A stretch of 64,000 nucleotides of DNA from Parcubacteria group bacterium (GCA_016204005.1 JACQLS010000001.1:105-64104), one strand, 5' to 3'; positions 18,419-27,586 are shown, counted from the stretch's first letter. The notes: generated by a model not told the origin, from the letters alone. Made by a program: numbers and translations.

Positions 18419-18453
18419 CAAAAATCCTTACCCCAAGAGACTCCGGGGTAGGC
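18419..18453 (-). terminator. rho-independent terminator of the dac-like gene
   Basis: Minus strand CCTACCCCggagtctcttGGGGTAAGGATTTTTGT. Confidence 0.75.
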
Positions 18454-18478
18454 TGTTGTATTCTTTGTTTATTTGAAC

Positions 18479-19408
18479 TTACTTTCTTCCTAGAACTTCA
18501 ATCGACGCCCAGATAAGTTTTTCTACATCTGAAAATCGCCCATCCTCTGTGCCACCCAAAACAACAACCGCGACGGGGTGCATCGGGCCTGCTTCAAAAA
18601 CGATCGCGAGATTCCCCTGGGCCAAGTCAGTGAAGCCCGTCTTAGATGCGAGAACGGCAGGGAGTGTTTCTATAGTCTCGTGCGTATTCTTTACTTCGTG
18701 CACTTTGTTGTCGAGGGAAATAAACGTCCGCTCTACGTATGGCGTCGATTCAAAAAGGTCCGGGTGCTCCTGAAGCGCGTACGAAAGCAGGCGTACAAAG
18801 TCGCGCGCAGAACCATAGGCACCACTTACCCCCGCCGACACATCGAGGCCGGAAGGGTTTATGAAAAATGTTTGTGTCATTCCGAGCGAGCGCGCTTTTT
18901 CATTCATGAGAACGCGTATGGTCTCCTCTTCTGTCTTCGCCTCATTGCTGGTATGGGCATAGAGTGCGGTGGCGCTACCCAATGCGGCGGCGCCATCATT
19001 CGACGAGGAGACAAGAGTGAGCCCGATGAGATCTTTTATCCGCCACCGCTCGCCCACCAAAAGCCCACTATCGCCCTCCCGCTCTATGGCGTCCTTTCCT
19101 ATCGTGACTTCAGCGTCGCGTTGCAAGAGCTCTTCAGCGACAAGTGCGGTCATTACTTTTGTTAAAGAAGCGAGTGATAGCTGAACTTCTGGATTCTTCT
19201 CGTAAAGAGATCGCTCCTCAGCAATGTCCCACACAAGAGCCGCCTCCGCAGAAAGAGACAGCCCTTCATAGGGGGAGCTTAACGCTCCCCCTATCTCACT
19301 CTTACTAACCTCCTTGGGCGCGCCAAATACTAAAGCCGCAATAAGAAAAACGAGCAAGAGAACTCCCGCTATCCACAGTAGATCTTGTAGTGTATATCGC
19401 GCCTCCAT
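18479..19408 (-). CDS. D-alanyl-D-alanine carboxypeptidase (S11, PBP5-like)
   Basis: SLASLTKVMTA (SxxK), VSSSNDGA (SxN), ASKTGFTD (KTG). ATG at 19408 (MEARYTL + TM) is preferred; the longer ORF runs into the inverted-repeat element. Confidence 0.85.
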   Translation of the reverse strand: MEARYTLQDLLWIAGVLLLVFLIAALVFGAPKEVSKSEIGGALSSPYEGLSLSAEAALVWDIAEERSLYEKNPEVQLSLASLTKVMTALVAEELLQRDAEVTIGKDAIEREGDSGLLVGERWRIKDLIGLTLVSSSNDGAAALGSATALYAHTSNEAKTEEETIRVLMNEKARSLGMTQTFFINPSGLDVSAGVSGAYGSARDFVRLLSYALQEHPDLFESTPYVERTFISLDNKVHEVKNTHETIETLPAVLASKTGFTDLAQGNLAIVFEAGPMHPVAVVVLGGTEDGRFSDVEKLIWASIEVLGRK

Positions 19409-19530
19409 CCCGATAGTGTTAGGTCGCGCTAGCACGACCGTAGTTTAAGATAATTAGTAAGATACTTATCTATTGTACTATGTATGCCGAATGTGCGGAC
19501 ACGTAACGCTCGTGCTAACACTATCGGGAT
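19407..19530. repeat. 124-bp element bounded by 16-bp perfect inverted repeats ATCCCGATAGTGTTAG / CTAACACTATCGGGAT (copy 2 of 3)
   Basis: Arms at 19407..19422 and 19515..19530. The left arm abuts the dac start codon. Confidence 0.8.
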
Positions 19531-19544
19531 CCATAATAATGGCA

Positions 19545-20126
19545 TTATACTTCTTCACTCTTCGGACTTTCTCCCTCTTCGGAAGAAGCTTGATTCACTC
19601 CCTGCGTTTTTTCAAATGCCTCCATTTCTTCTCGCACCACCGCATATTCAGGAAGCTCTTCCACCTTAGCAACCCCAAGGTGCGCGAGCAAATCAAATGT
19701 CGGCCGATACAGGAAGCTCCGCGCGCCCTCGGGGTTTGGAATCCGCTCAATCAAGCCGCGAACAAGCAAACTTCGTAAGATAAAACTTGAGTTGACGCCT
19801 CGTATGTAATCAATATCGCTTCGCGAAAGAGGGCCCCGATAGAGGATGATCGTAAGCGTCTCGAGGGAGGCCTTCCCCAGATCTTTAGAAAGTTCTTCTT
19901 TGTTGATTTTCTCGATGAGGCTACTCATCTCCGGGGCAGTCGCAAACATGACCTCATCATCTTTTCTTAACAAGGAGATGCCGCGATCTGTGAGGGAACT
20001 CTCAAGGAGAGAGAGGGCACCCTCTATCTCCTTTTCGCCCACGTTTAACAGCCGGGCAAGCTCGCGAAGCGTGAGCGGCTCCGCTTTGTGAAAAAGTATC
20101 GCCTCTATTTTTTTTGCTAATTCCAT
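19545..20126 (-). CDS. scpB: segregation and condensation protein B
   Basis: IEAILFHKAEPLTLRELARLL and a tandem winged-helix layout. Directly downstream of scpA. Confidence 0.85.
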   Translation of the reverse strand: MELAKKIEAILFHKAEPLTLRELARLLNVGEKEIEGALSLLESSLTDRGISLLRKDDEVMFATAPEMSSLIEKINKEELSKDLGKASLETLTIILYRGPLSRSDIDYIRGVNSSFILRSLLVRGLIERIPNPEGARSFLYRPTFDLLAHLGVAKVEELPEYAVVREEMEAFEKTQGVNQASSEEGESPKSEEV

Positions 20127-20156
20127 TTTTACTAAAAGCTAGTGAAGCTAAAAGCT

Positions 20157-20885
20157 TTACAGATATTTGGGTGTCCCGACTTCCCCGCTCTCCATTGCTA
20201 TGTCTTCAAAATGCTTATCCTGTCGCACTGTAATGATACCACGCTTCACGAGCTCCAACATCGCAAGAAAAGAGACGACGATGCCAATCTTGTCCTTTTT
20301 GCCGCGGGCAAACTCCTTGAAGCTTATCGCAAGCGCCCCGCGAATACGCCCCGTCAAATCCTCCATCATTTCCTCTAACGAAATAACCTTGCGCACCATA
20401 ATCTGCGGTATATCAGCAAGCTTTGGCAACCTCCTAAGGACATTCTTAACCATGAGGAGTAAATGCTCAAGCGTAAGTTCAGCTGTTGGCGCAAAGACCG
20501 GCATGATGTCCCTTCCCGCTTCGCGATAATACGAAACAGAGGCGCCAAATCGTTCGCGCACATGGGGGGCAAGCTCGCGCACACGTTGGAGTAGGCGCAA
20601 ACGCTCTTCAAGATTCTCTATGTTTTCCTCCTCCTCTTCCGTTAAGGTGAGTGCGGGGAGAAGCGCGCGAGACTTAATCAAAACGAGCGTTGCAGCGACG
20701 AGGATGAAGTCAGCCGCCTCGCGCGTCGGGAATTCGGGCAATGACTCAATGTAGGATATGTAGTCGTCGGTAATCTCTGCAAGCGAAACGTCGCTTATAT
20801 GGAGTTTGCGCTCTTGAATGAGCGTTAAAAGAAGGTCCAATGGACCTTCAAACACTCGTGTCTTTACTTTGTATGCCTCGGCCAT
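20157..20885 (-). CDS. scpA: segregation and condensation protein A (kleisin)
   Basis: FEGPLDLLLTLIQERKLHISDVSLAEITDDYISY. Confidence 0.88.
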   Translation of the reverse strand: MAEAYKVKTRVFEGPLDLLLTLIQERKLHISDVSLAEITDDYISYIESLPEFPTREAADFILVAATLVLIKSRALLPALTLTEEEEENIENLEERLRLLQRVRELAPHVRERFGASVSYYREAGRDIMPVFAPTAELTLEHLLLMVKNVLRRLPKLADIPQIMVRKVISLEEMMEDLTGRIRGALAISFKEFARGKKDKIGIVVSFLAMLELVKRGIITVRQDKHFEDIAMESGEVGTPKYL

Positions 20886-21002
20886 CTATAAAATATACCT
20901 TTTTTGAAGTAGCTTTCGCAACAAAAATTTGACGTTTTCATACTCTTGTAGTACTTTTAACGAAGCGTCGGGCCAAAGTCGTAGCCAAAGAAGAGGCTGA
21001 TC

Positions 21003-21197
21003 ATGACGAACGTGATAACGGAGTGGGGTTCCTGGCTTTCGCTCGTCAACACCTTGTTTATTCTTTTTGCATTCGTGATGTGGAGCACGTGGGGATGGAA
21101 GAACACCCTAATCAAGGTTCTGTGGGGAGTGCTTACTCTCGCCAATGCGGTTTTCACTCTTCACTACTTCGGCTTCATCGTCAAAATCGGCGCGTAA
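21003..21197 (+). CDS. small two-TM membrane protein
   Basis: 64 aa. TTGACG-17-TACTTT and AAGAAGAGG upstream; terminator downstream. Confidence 0.45.
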   Translation: MTNVITEWGSWLSLVNTLFILFAFVMWSTWGWKNTLIKVLWGVLTLANAVFTLHYFGFIVKIGA

Positions 21198-21234
21198 AGC
21201 AAAACTGCCTGCATGAGAAATACTTCGATCATAC

Positions 21235-21267
21235 AAAGCCAGCCCTAGGGCTGGCTTTTCTTTTTTT
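21235..21267. terminator. bidirectional hairpin overlapping the 3' end of aspS
   Basis: AAAGCCAGCCCtaGGGCTGGCTTTTCTTTTTTT. Confidence 0.7.
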
Positions 21268-22648
21268 GTACCTTAAGCCCAAGCTCGTCGAGCTGCTTTT
21301 GCGAAATCTCGGAGGGCGCGCTCATCATGAGGTCTCTCCCCTCGCCCGTCTTTGGGAAAGCGATTACTTCACGGATATTCGGCTCATTCTCGAGAACCAT
21401 AAGAAGCCGATCAATGCCAGGCGCGATTCCCCCGTGGGGAGGCACACCCTTCCGAAATGCCTCAAGCATGTGGGCAAACTCTTTCTGCTGCCGCTCGTCA
21501 AAACCAATAAGTTTAAAAATTTTCTGTTGCAGGTCTGAACGGTGAATACGAATGCTACCACCGCCGACTTCATAGCCGTTCAAGACCATGTCGTGCTGAT
21601 ACGAACGTACAGATCCGGGGTCGGTATCCAGTTTCTCTATGTCTTCCTCCTTCGGTGCGGTGAACATGTGGTGGCTCGGCGCATAGTGGCCATGTTCCAT
21701 TCCGGCTTCAAAAAGAGGGAAATCGAGCACCCAGACAAAAGCGAGGAGATCTGGGTCTTCTTTGTTCTCGCGAATATCCGGGCGGTCAGTCCCGTACTTT
21801 TTCATCGCCTCGTCGTAACTCATCCGCGGCCATGGAACTTCTTGAATGCGTTTCTTGGGGTAAAGTTCTTGCACAATCAAGGTGTAGAGTGTCTCCGTCA
21901 AGTTTAAGATTTCCTCCTGCGTTGGGAATGCGAGCTCAATATCAAGCTGGGTGAACTCCGCCTGACGGTCACCGCGCATGTCCTCATCGCGAAACACACG
22001 CGCGACCTGGAAGTACCGCTCGAAGCCGGAAGCCATAAGGAGTTGCTTGTACTGTTGGGGCGATTGCGGCAGAGCGTAGAACTTACCCCATTCAAGACGC
22101 GCGGGTACAACATAGTCGCGCGCGCCTTCGGGAGTAGATTTGGTCAAAATGGGTGTCTCAATTTCAACAAAGCCGCGCTCCGATAGGAAGTTGCGCATAT
22201 ACTTGATAACTTTATCCCGCATGCGCATGTTCTTTTGGAGGCGCGCGCGACGCAAGTCAAGATAGCGATATTTGAGACGAATTTCTTCGCTCACTTCGTA
22301 TCCTGGTGTCGAAAGATCGAACAGTGGCGTCTCGGCCTCATTCAAAACCTCAAGCGCAATAAACTCGAGTTCAATGTCGCCATTTTCTTGTTCAGCATTC
22401 ACCATCTTTTCCGGACGCTTGTTCACCATTGCCTGCCCTTTCACAACCCACTCCTGCCGCAGGGTGTCAGCCGTGCCATGGGCTTCCGCGTGTGTCGGTT
22501 TGGCAACCGTCTGCACGAGACCGGTCTCATCACGAAGATCGAGAAAGATGAGCTTTCCGTGATCGCGACGCCCCGAAATCCATCCGGCGACAGTCACTTC
22601 TTTGCCGACGTGTTGTTTTAAATCTCGTATGTATGTTCTTCCTTGCAT
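21245..22648 (-). CDS. aspS: aspartate--tRNA ligase (short form)
   Basis: Class II motifs FRDEDMRGDRQAEFTQLDIE, GGGSIRIH, GGIAPGIDRLLMVL. N-terminal OB fold. 467 aa. Confidence 0.93.
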   Translation of the reverse strand: MQGRTYIRDLKQHVGKEVTVAGWISGRRDHGKLIFLDLRDETGLVQTVAKPTHAEAHGTADTLRQEWVVKGQAMVNKRPEKMVNAEQENGDIELEFIALEVLNEAETPLFDLSTPGYEVSEEIRLKYRYLDLRRARLQKNMRMRDKVIKYMRNFLSERGFVEIETPILTKSTPEGARDYVVPARLEWGKFYALPQSPQQYKQLLMASGFERYFQVARVFRDEDMRGDRQAEFTQLDIELAFPTQEEILNLTETLYTLIVQELYPKKRIQEVPWPRMSYDEAMKKYGTDRPDIRENKEDPDLLAFVWVLDFPLFEAGMEHGHYAPSHHMFTAPKEEDIEKLDTDPGSVRSYQHDMVLNGYEVGGGSIRIHRSDLQQKIFKLIGFDERQQKEFAHMLEAFRKGVPPHGGIAPGIDRLLMVLENEPNIREVIAFPKTGEGRDLMMSAPSEISQKQLDELGLKVQKKKSQP

Positions 22649-22657
22649 AAAGAAAAA

Positions 22658-23602
22658 TTAGCGAACTCCAATTTTAGCACGGACATCGCTCATTTTTGCG
22701 GAGGCGATCTCTTGTGCCCTTTCTCCCCCCTCTCGGAGAAGCCCGTCGATATCGTACTCTACTTCAAGCTTCTTCCGCCTCTCTCTCATTGGCGCAATAA
22801 ATGCATCGAGATCTTCAACAAGTGCTTCTTTAAGTGCTTTGTAATTGCCCTCGTTTTCCTCATAGAGAGGGTCGAGTGCGGAGGCATCCTTCAGTAGTCG
22901 GTGAATTGCGTACACGTTCTCTGGGCGCGTGCCCTTAGAGTCTGTCACAATAGCCATGACTTTATCTGCAATCTCCTCGCGTGACGCAAAGAGCGGAATG
23001 TAGTTGTTGTAGCTTTTTGACATCTTACGCCCATCAATACCCGGGACAGTCGCCACCTCCTCCATAATGCGCGCTTCCGGGAGTTTAAAGGCCGCTCCAA
23101 AAAGTCGATTGAATTTCTCTGCGGTGTCCCGAGCAAACTCCACGTGCTGTTTTTGATCCTGCCCCACGGGGACGACGTCCGTATCGTAGAGCAAAATGTC
23201 GGCCGCCATAAGCATGGGGTAATCAAATGTGCCAACAGTCACCTCTTCCCCCTTTGCCTCTGCGTCTTTGTACGCGTGACCGCGAGACAAGTAGGAGACC
23301 GTCATGATGCAATTAAAAATCCACGCAAGTTCGGTGTGTTCCTGCACATCCGACTGGCGGAAAAGCAAAACTTTTTTGGGATCAAGCCCAACAGAGAGAT
23401 ACCCCAAGATAACTTCTTTCACGAACCCCTTAAGCATTAGGGGGTCGTGAAGTGTTGTTAAAGCGTGGTAGTCTGGGATGAAAAAGGTGCTTTCAAACTC
23501 ATCCTGAAGGAGGACGGATTGCTTCATCATTCCAAAATAGTTGCCGATATGGAGGAGCCCTGTCGGTTTAATGCCGGAGAGCATTTTCTTCTTGCTACTC
23601 AT
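22658..23602 (-). CDS. trpS: tryptophan--tRNA ligase
   Basis: SGIKPTGLLHIGNYFG (HIGH), KMSKSYNN (KMSKS). Confidence 0.95.
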   Translation of the reverse strand: MSSKKKMLSGIKPTGLLHIGNYFGMMKQSVLLQDEFESTFFIPDYHALTTLHDPLMLKGFVKEVILGYLSVGLDPKKVLLFRQSDVQEHTELAWIFNCIMTVSYLSRGHAYKDAEAKGEEVTVGTFDYPMLMAADILLYDTDVVPVGQDQKQHVEFARDTAEKFNRLFGAAFKLPEARIMEEVATVPGIDGRKMSKSYNNYIPLFASREEIADKVMAIVTDSKGTRPENVYAIHRLLKDASALDPLYEENEGNYKALKEALVEDLDAFIAPMRERRKKLEVEYDIDGLLREGGERAQEIASAKMSDVRAKIGVR

Positions 23603-23727
23603 GGATTTATCCTAACAACAAACTCCTTAACAAGCAATTGGAATATGGACTGTTTCTGTGCCCCATATTTCGAATACATAATTGACAACTAAGGGTAAAA
23701 TTAAGTATTTTTGGTTTAGTATGCGGC

Positions 23728-24267
23728 ATGGGAAACCTCGTTGTGACAAAGACACCCAAGAACCCAACTTCGACAATTGCGGCTCGTGTGGCACGTGAAC
23801 TTGGGCTTTCTGCGTCATTCGTGGAAAAGGTAATGAACGAGGAGGATGAGGAGAGTGAGTGGGGTGCCCGATGGGCAATCGCCAAAAACAAGGCGACACC
23901 CGTCTCCGCTTTGACACATCTCGCCAAAGACAAGGAAGCAGACGTACGACTTGCCGTTCTCTTTAACACGAATACACCCGAGGAGACTCGCGCTCAGTTT
24001 GTCACGGACGAAAACCCAACTATCCGGCGGGAACTTGCGACGAGCGTGCTCGCATGGACAGAGTCCTTGAACTTACTCGCCAGAGACGAAAACTTTGGTG
24101 TGCGCATGGCCGTTGGAGCAAACCCCAAGACGCCCATGGAAATACTCGAGAAACTTGCTTCTGACAGTGATGCTGGCGTGCGCACCGCCGTTGCAACAAA
24201 TACGAGTGCTACGGAAGAGATCCGCATAAAGGCGCGTCAGACAAAGACCTCCAAGCCAGCTCATTAA
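23728..24267 (+). CDS. HEAT/LRV-type helical repeat protein
   Basis: Repeated ~30-aa units (DKEADVRLAVLFNTNTP, DENPTIRRELATS, DENFGVRMAVGANPKTP, DSDAGVRTAVATNTS). Confidence 0.6.
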   Translation: MGNLVVTKTPKNPTSTIAARVARELGLSASFVEKVMNEEDEESEWGARWAIAKNKATPVSALTHLAKDKEADVRLAVLFNTNTPEETRAQFVTDENPTIRRELATSVLAWTESLNLLARDENFGVRMAVGANPKTPMEILEKLASDSDAGVRTAVATNTSATEEIRIKARQTKTSKPAH

Positions 24268-25928
24268 GCTGGCTTTTTCGTTGTGTCCCCTCCCCTGGGG
24301 GCAAGCGGTAACTCAATGTAAAACGTTGAACCCTTGCCCTTCCCTTCCGACTCAACCCAAATGCGCCCGTGGTGGGCATCAACGATTTGTTTTGCGATGT
24401 ACAATCCTAACCCCGTGCCGCTTGCGTTTACCTTAAAGGCGCCATCAGCTCGAGAGAATTTCTGGAACAGTTTTTCGGCATCCTCCTTATCTACACCTAC
24501 ACCGGTGTCAGCCACAGCGAGCCTGACAAGACTCTTTCCGGGGACAAGCGCGGTGGAGATAGTGATCCCACCTTCTTTGGTGTATTTGATTGCGTTATCA
24601 ATCAAGTTCCCGATAACCTGACTCAACTTCCCCGAGTCCCCCACAATATCGCATCGTTCATTCTCTCCCATGCGGTCTTTAAGGACGAGACCCTTTTTCT
24701 CTATCGTTGGACGAAATTCTCTTACGATATCTCGCACTCGCTCGCAAAGATCTATGGTCTGAAATTCGTACTTAAGACGATTCTGTTCAATACGGGAGAT
24801 GGTCAGGAAGTCTTCCACCACCTTCACGAGCCGATCGCTTGAGACAAAAACCCTGTCTAACGCTTCTCGCGCTGTCGGCGGAAATGTTCCAAACGACCCT
24901 TCAATAAGCATTGAGACGTAGCCCTTGATCGCTGTGAGAGGGCTTCGCAATTGGTGGGAGGCAAGCGAGAGAAATTCAGACTTTCGCTGGTCGAGCTCTT
25001 TCAGTTTTTCATTGGCGGCGGCAAGCTCTCTCGCAAGGCGCTCTACTTCCTCCCGCGCCTTAACCTCCTGTAGGACACTCCGGACCAAAAGAATGCCGAA
25101 GACGACAGTAACAAGGAGGAGTATGGCATTGATGATGCGGTCGCCCGCGTCGCTTGAGGCAATAGTACGCGCGAGAAGAATAACCCAGATACCGACCGTG
25201 AGCACTTCCGCAAAGATGACCTTCAAGTTAAACAGGTTGAACCGCATGAGATTATAGAGCCCAATACCCGTGAGAGCCGTCGTCACCAAAATCGGATTGA
25301 TGTAGAAAAATGAAAAGTTTCCAAAAAGTGGGAAGACAAGGTTAAAGACAATACCGAGTGATCCTGCGGTAAGGTTGGCAAGAAGAGCAAAGAGTATCTG
25401 CTGACGGGTCCCCGCTCCGGTTTTTGAGGTCGCACGGATCTTCGCCCATAACACGCCTATGCCGGCAAGAAAAACTGCCGTTAACATAGCAATGAAGGCA
25501 ATATATCCGGGCAAGTTAAAGACGATGCGCTCCCCAACACTTTCCCCTTGAAGGATGTCTTTGATAACCCATTCCGTCGTCGGGATGAAAAAAAGGAGCC
25601 CGACCGTAATGACAGAAATGAGGGATGGAATTACAAACGGAATGCGCGAGCCCGTAGGATAATACAGCGCAAACCAAAAAAAGGAGAGGTATGCAATATA
25701 GCCAAAGATGTAGTGGAGGTTCGCCGCCGCCGCGAAGACTTCAAAAGGAAAGACATTAACAAGCGTGAGGAGGGTCGCGATTGACCATAAGCTGGCAAAT
25801 ACCGATATGAGCACGTAAAAGAGAACGGTTCGCGCTCGTGTACTATGGAAATATACCAAGCCAGCAAAGGCGAGGTTAATAACGGCGAAGATGATGAGGA
25901 AAACCCCAAGGACGTTACCGTAGAGCAT
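24264..25928 (-). CDS. sensor histidine kinase with multi-TM N-terminal domain
   Basis: H-box LASHQLRSPLTAIKGY, N-box IGNLIDNAIKYT, DTGVGV, GTGLGLYIAK. No response regulator gene adjacent. Confidence 0.88.
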   Translation of the reverse strand: MLYGNVLGVFLIIFAVINLAFAGLVYFHSTRARTVLFYVLISVFASLWSIATLLTLVNVFPFEVFAAAANLHYIFGYIAYLSFFWFALYYPTGSRIPFVIPSLISVITVGLLFFIPTTEWVIKDILQGESVGERIVFNLPGYIAFIAMLTAVFLAGIGVLWAKIRATSKTGAGTRQQILFALLANLTAGSLGIVFNLVFPLFGNFSFFYINPILVTTALTGIGLYNLMRFNLFNLKVIFAEVLTVGIWVILLARTIASSDAGDRIINAILLLVTVVFGILLVRSVLQEVKAREEVERLARELAAANEKLKELDQRKSEFLSLASHQLRSPLTAIKGYVSMLIEGSFGTFPPTAREALDRVFVSSDRLVKVVEDFLTISRIEQNRLKYEFQTIDLCERVRDIVREFRPTIEKKGLVLKDRMGENERCDIVGDSGKLSQVIGNLIDNAIKYTKEGGITISTALVPGKSLVRLAVADTGVGVDKEDAEKLFQKFSRADGAFKVNASGTGLGLYIAKQIVDAHHGRIWVESEGKGKGSTFYIELPLAPRGGDTTKKPA

Positions 25929-25980
25929 AGTGGATGGTGCAATCTATATACTACCACGACCAATCCCCTGCATGTGGAGA

Positions 25981-26011
25981 GAAAACAAAAGAGCCACCTC
26001 GTGGGTGACTC
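25981..26011 (-). terminator. hairpin terminator after the heme-oxygenase-like gene
   Basis: Minus strand GAGTCACCcacgaGGTGGCTC followed by TTTTGTTTTC. Confidence 0.65.
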
Positions 26012-26024
26012 TACGTATTCAAAA

Positions 26025-26762
26025 TTAAGCGTCTCTCCGCAGCATAAAGACTTCCTCGGAGGCTCTCCCGAAAAGATCTTGCACCGCAAGGATCTCCCTC
26101 TCCATTGCCTGGGCGATCTGCTTTCTGTCCTTTGCCGGATGCACCGCGGCGGCAAAATCTTCGTCGATTTGAAGATGCGAGAGGCCGTCATGGACTGCGA
26201 TGTGTGTATCTCCCCAGCCAAACCGTCCGCCAAAGCAAGAGGTGAATACACTCGAGGCGCAGAGAAATCTCGAAAGTTCTTCGGCAATGTATTCCGTTGC
26301 CGCGAGCGCGCAAAAGAATTTGAACGGATCATCCGCATATGCCGTGGCAATGAGCGCCTCCATGAGCGGAAGCTTCTCATGTGCCTTGGGAAGAGACTCG
26401 AGATCAGCGCCTATCTTTAAGGCGTCTCCTCGCCAAATCTGAGCGTGCTCTCCTTCCTCCTCGTGCATTTGGCGCAGGATCTTTGCCCGAGAAACAAAGT
26501 ACTGTTGGGCAGTTGTGAGGCCCAAGTGCTCCGTAAGGATCCGTCGAAGCGGGAGACGGCGCGCCTGGATGTCAATCGCTTTTTCAAATTCGTACACAAA
26601 CGGCCAAAAGCCGATCAAAAGCGCGCGAACAGATTGGAGATCACCATCTCGACAAGCGCGCATCAAGGTGGACTTCTCTACCTCCTTCACGGCGCATTGA
26701 CGAAGGTGGACCCCGTCAGCAACGCCATTAGGGAAAAGTAGCCAGTGTTTCTGTTCTGTCAT
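26025..26762 (-). CDS. heme-oxygenase-like di-iron (TenA/PqqC/CADD-like) redox enzyme family protein (putative)
   Basis: All-helical protein with carboxylate/His motifs EEEGEHAQIW, LAATEYIAEEL, GDTHIAVHDGLSH. ATG at 26762 preceded by GGGAG. The longer ORF covers its own promoter. Confidence 0.6.
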   Translation of the reverse strand: MTEQKHWLLFPNGVADGVHLRQCAVKEVEKSTLMRACRDGDLQSVRALLIGFWPFVYEFEKAIDIQARRLPLRRILTEHLGLTTAQQYFVSRAKILRQMHEEEGEHAQIWRGDALKIGADLESLPKAHEKLPLMEALIATAYADDPFKFFCALAATEYIAEELSRFLCASSVFTSCFGGRFGWGDTHIAVHDGLSHLQIDEDFAAAVHPAKDRKQIAQAMEREILAVQDLFGRASEEVFMLRRDA

Positions 26763-26792
26763 TTGACTCCCGTCCTGTACCAAGCTCGCTAT

Positions 26793-26821
26793 AGAATAAT
26801 ATACTAATGACGGTATGTCAA
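26793..26821 (-). promoter_or_regulatory. sigma70-type promoter for the heme-oxygenase-like gene
   Basis: Minus strand TTGACA (26821..26816), 17 nt, TATTCT (26798..26793). Confidence 0.6.
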
Positions 26822-26863
26822 AGCGCGTCCTGGGGCGCACTTTGCTGTACAAACGTTGGTTTT

Positions 26864-26898
26864 AAAAAAATGAGGCCGCCGGTTTCCCAGCGGCCTCA
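26864..26898 (-). terminator. rho-independent terminator after the 180-aa high-GC gene
   Basis: Minus strand GAGGCCGCTGGgaaaCCGGCGGCCTCATTTTTTT. Confidence 0.8.
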
Positions 26899-26916
26899 AT
26901 AGCAGCGGCTCGACGG

Positions 26917-27459
26917 TCAGCTTGTCGCTTGGGCCGTCTTACCGCCAAATGTGTCGGCTTCATCCTGGACTTGCATCTGCTCCTCCGGACCCGTAAGTCC
27001 GTCAGCGCCGAGATCGTCCACGACGCGGTCGACGACCTGCTCCCAGGTTGAGTCGAGTGGAATGTCATACATCCACGCTCGACTCTGCCGAACCTCCTCG
27101 CCCAGGAGACCGGGAACCTCGCTTGGATCGAGGTAGCTTGCGGCGCCCTTCTTGAAGAGCTTCACGTCTCCTTGTTCGGGGACGTAGACCTCGACGGTGA
27201 GCCCATCGAAGAAGGGCTGGCCTTCAAGGTATGTGACGGTGATGGACTCCGGCGTCTGCCTGGTCCAGTCGCTCTGGGGCGTCTTCCGTTCCGCCGCCCA
27301 GATGAAATCGATTGTGATCTCGTTGCCTTCGCGGCGAATCCCTTTCACGGGGCCACGAAGCACGCTGCCGTCTCGCCGCGTGATCTCGATGTCGCCGAAC
27401 CTTGTGTTGGGGTCGTTTCCCCGCGTGACGACATCAAGCCATGTCACTTGTCTCTTCAT
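26917..27459 (-). CDS. 180-aa hypothetical protein, high GC, acidic C-terminus
   Basis: ATG at 27459 (MKRQVTW) preceded by GGAGG. GC3-biased. One 60-nt line hand-counted at 67% GC. Confidence 0.6.
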   Translation of the reverse strand: MKRQVTWLDVVTRGNDPNTRFGDIEITRRDGSVLRGPVKGIRREGNEITIDFIWAAERKTPQSDWTRQTPESITVTYLEGQPFFDGLTVEVYVPEQGDVKLFKKGAASYLDPSEVPGLLGEEVRQSRAWMYDIPLDSTWEQVVDRVVDDLGADGLTGPEEQMQVQDEADTFGGKTAQATS

Positions 27460-27533
27460 ACTGCCTCCATCAAGGTGCGCTTCTGTGGCGAAATGCCGCA
27501 GAGGGTGTCGGTCTTCCAACCGATTATGTTCAG

Positions 27534-27561
27534 ATTATATCATAAACAGACAAAAAGTCAA
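27534..27561 (-). promoter_or_regulatory. near-consensus extended -10 promoter for the 180-aa gene
   Basis: Minus strand TTGACT (27561..27556), 16 nt ending TGA, TATAAT (27539..27534). Confidence 0.75.
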
Positions 27562-27586
27562 CAACCCCAGATCTCCCGGGGTTGTT
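27560..27586 (-). terminator. dnaJ terminator hairpin overlapping the next -35
   Basis: Minus strand AACAACCCCgggagatctGGGGTTGTTGACTTTTTG. Confidence 0.7.

Noticed and set aside
12681-18458. 8-bp direct repeat GGCTGTTG at both edges of the island (12681..12688 and 18451..18458) as possible att sites or a target-site duplication
   Set aside because: An 8-mer match between two ~100-150-bp flanks is expected by chance at an appreciable rate. No integrase, transposase or tRNA gene is present.
12690-18460. Interpreting the island as a prophage or integrative element
   Set aside because: No integrase, recombinase, capsid, terminase or replication gene is recognisable, and the flanks carry no convincing repeats. 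It is kept as an accessory island of unknown mobility instead.
25631-26420. ORFs 25631..26380 (-) and 25845..26420 (+) spanning the histidine-kinase / heme-oxygenase-like gene boundary
   Set aside because: They cross a terminator and an intergenic region, are out of frame with two well-supported genes, and have low-complexity composition.
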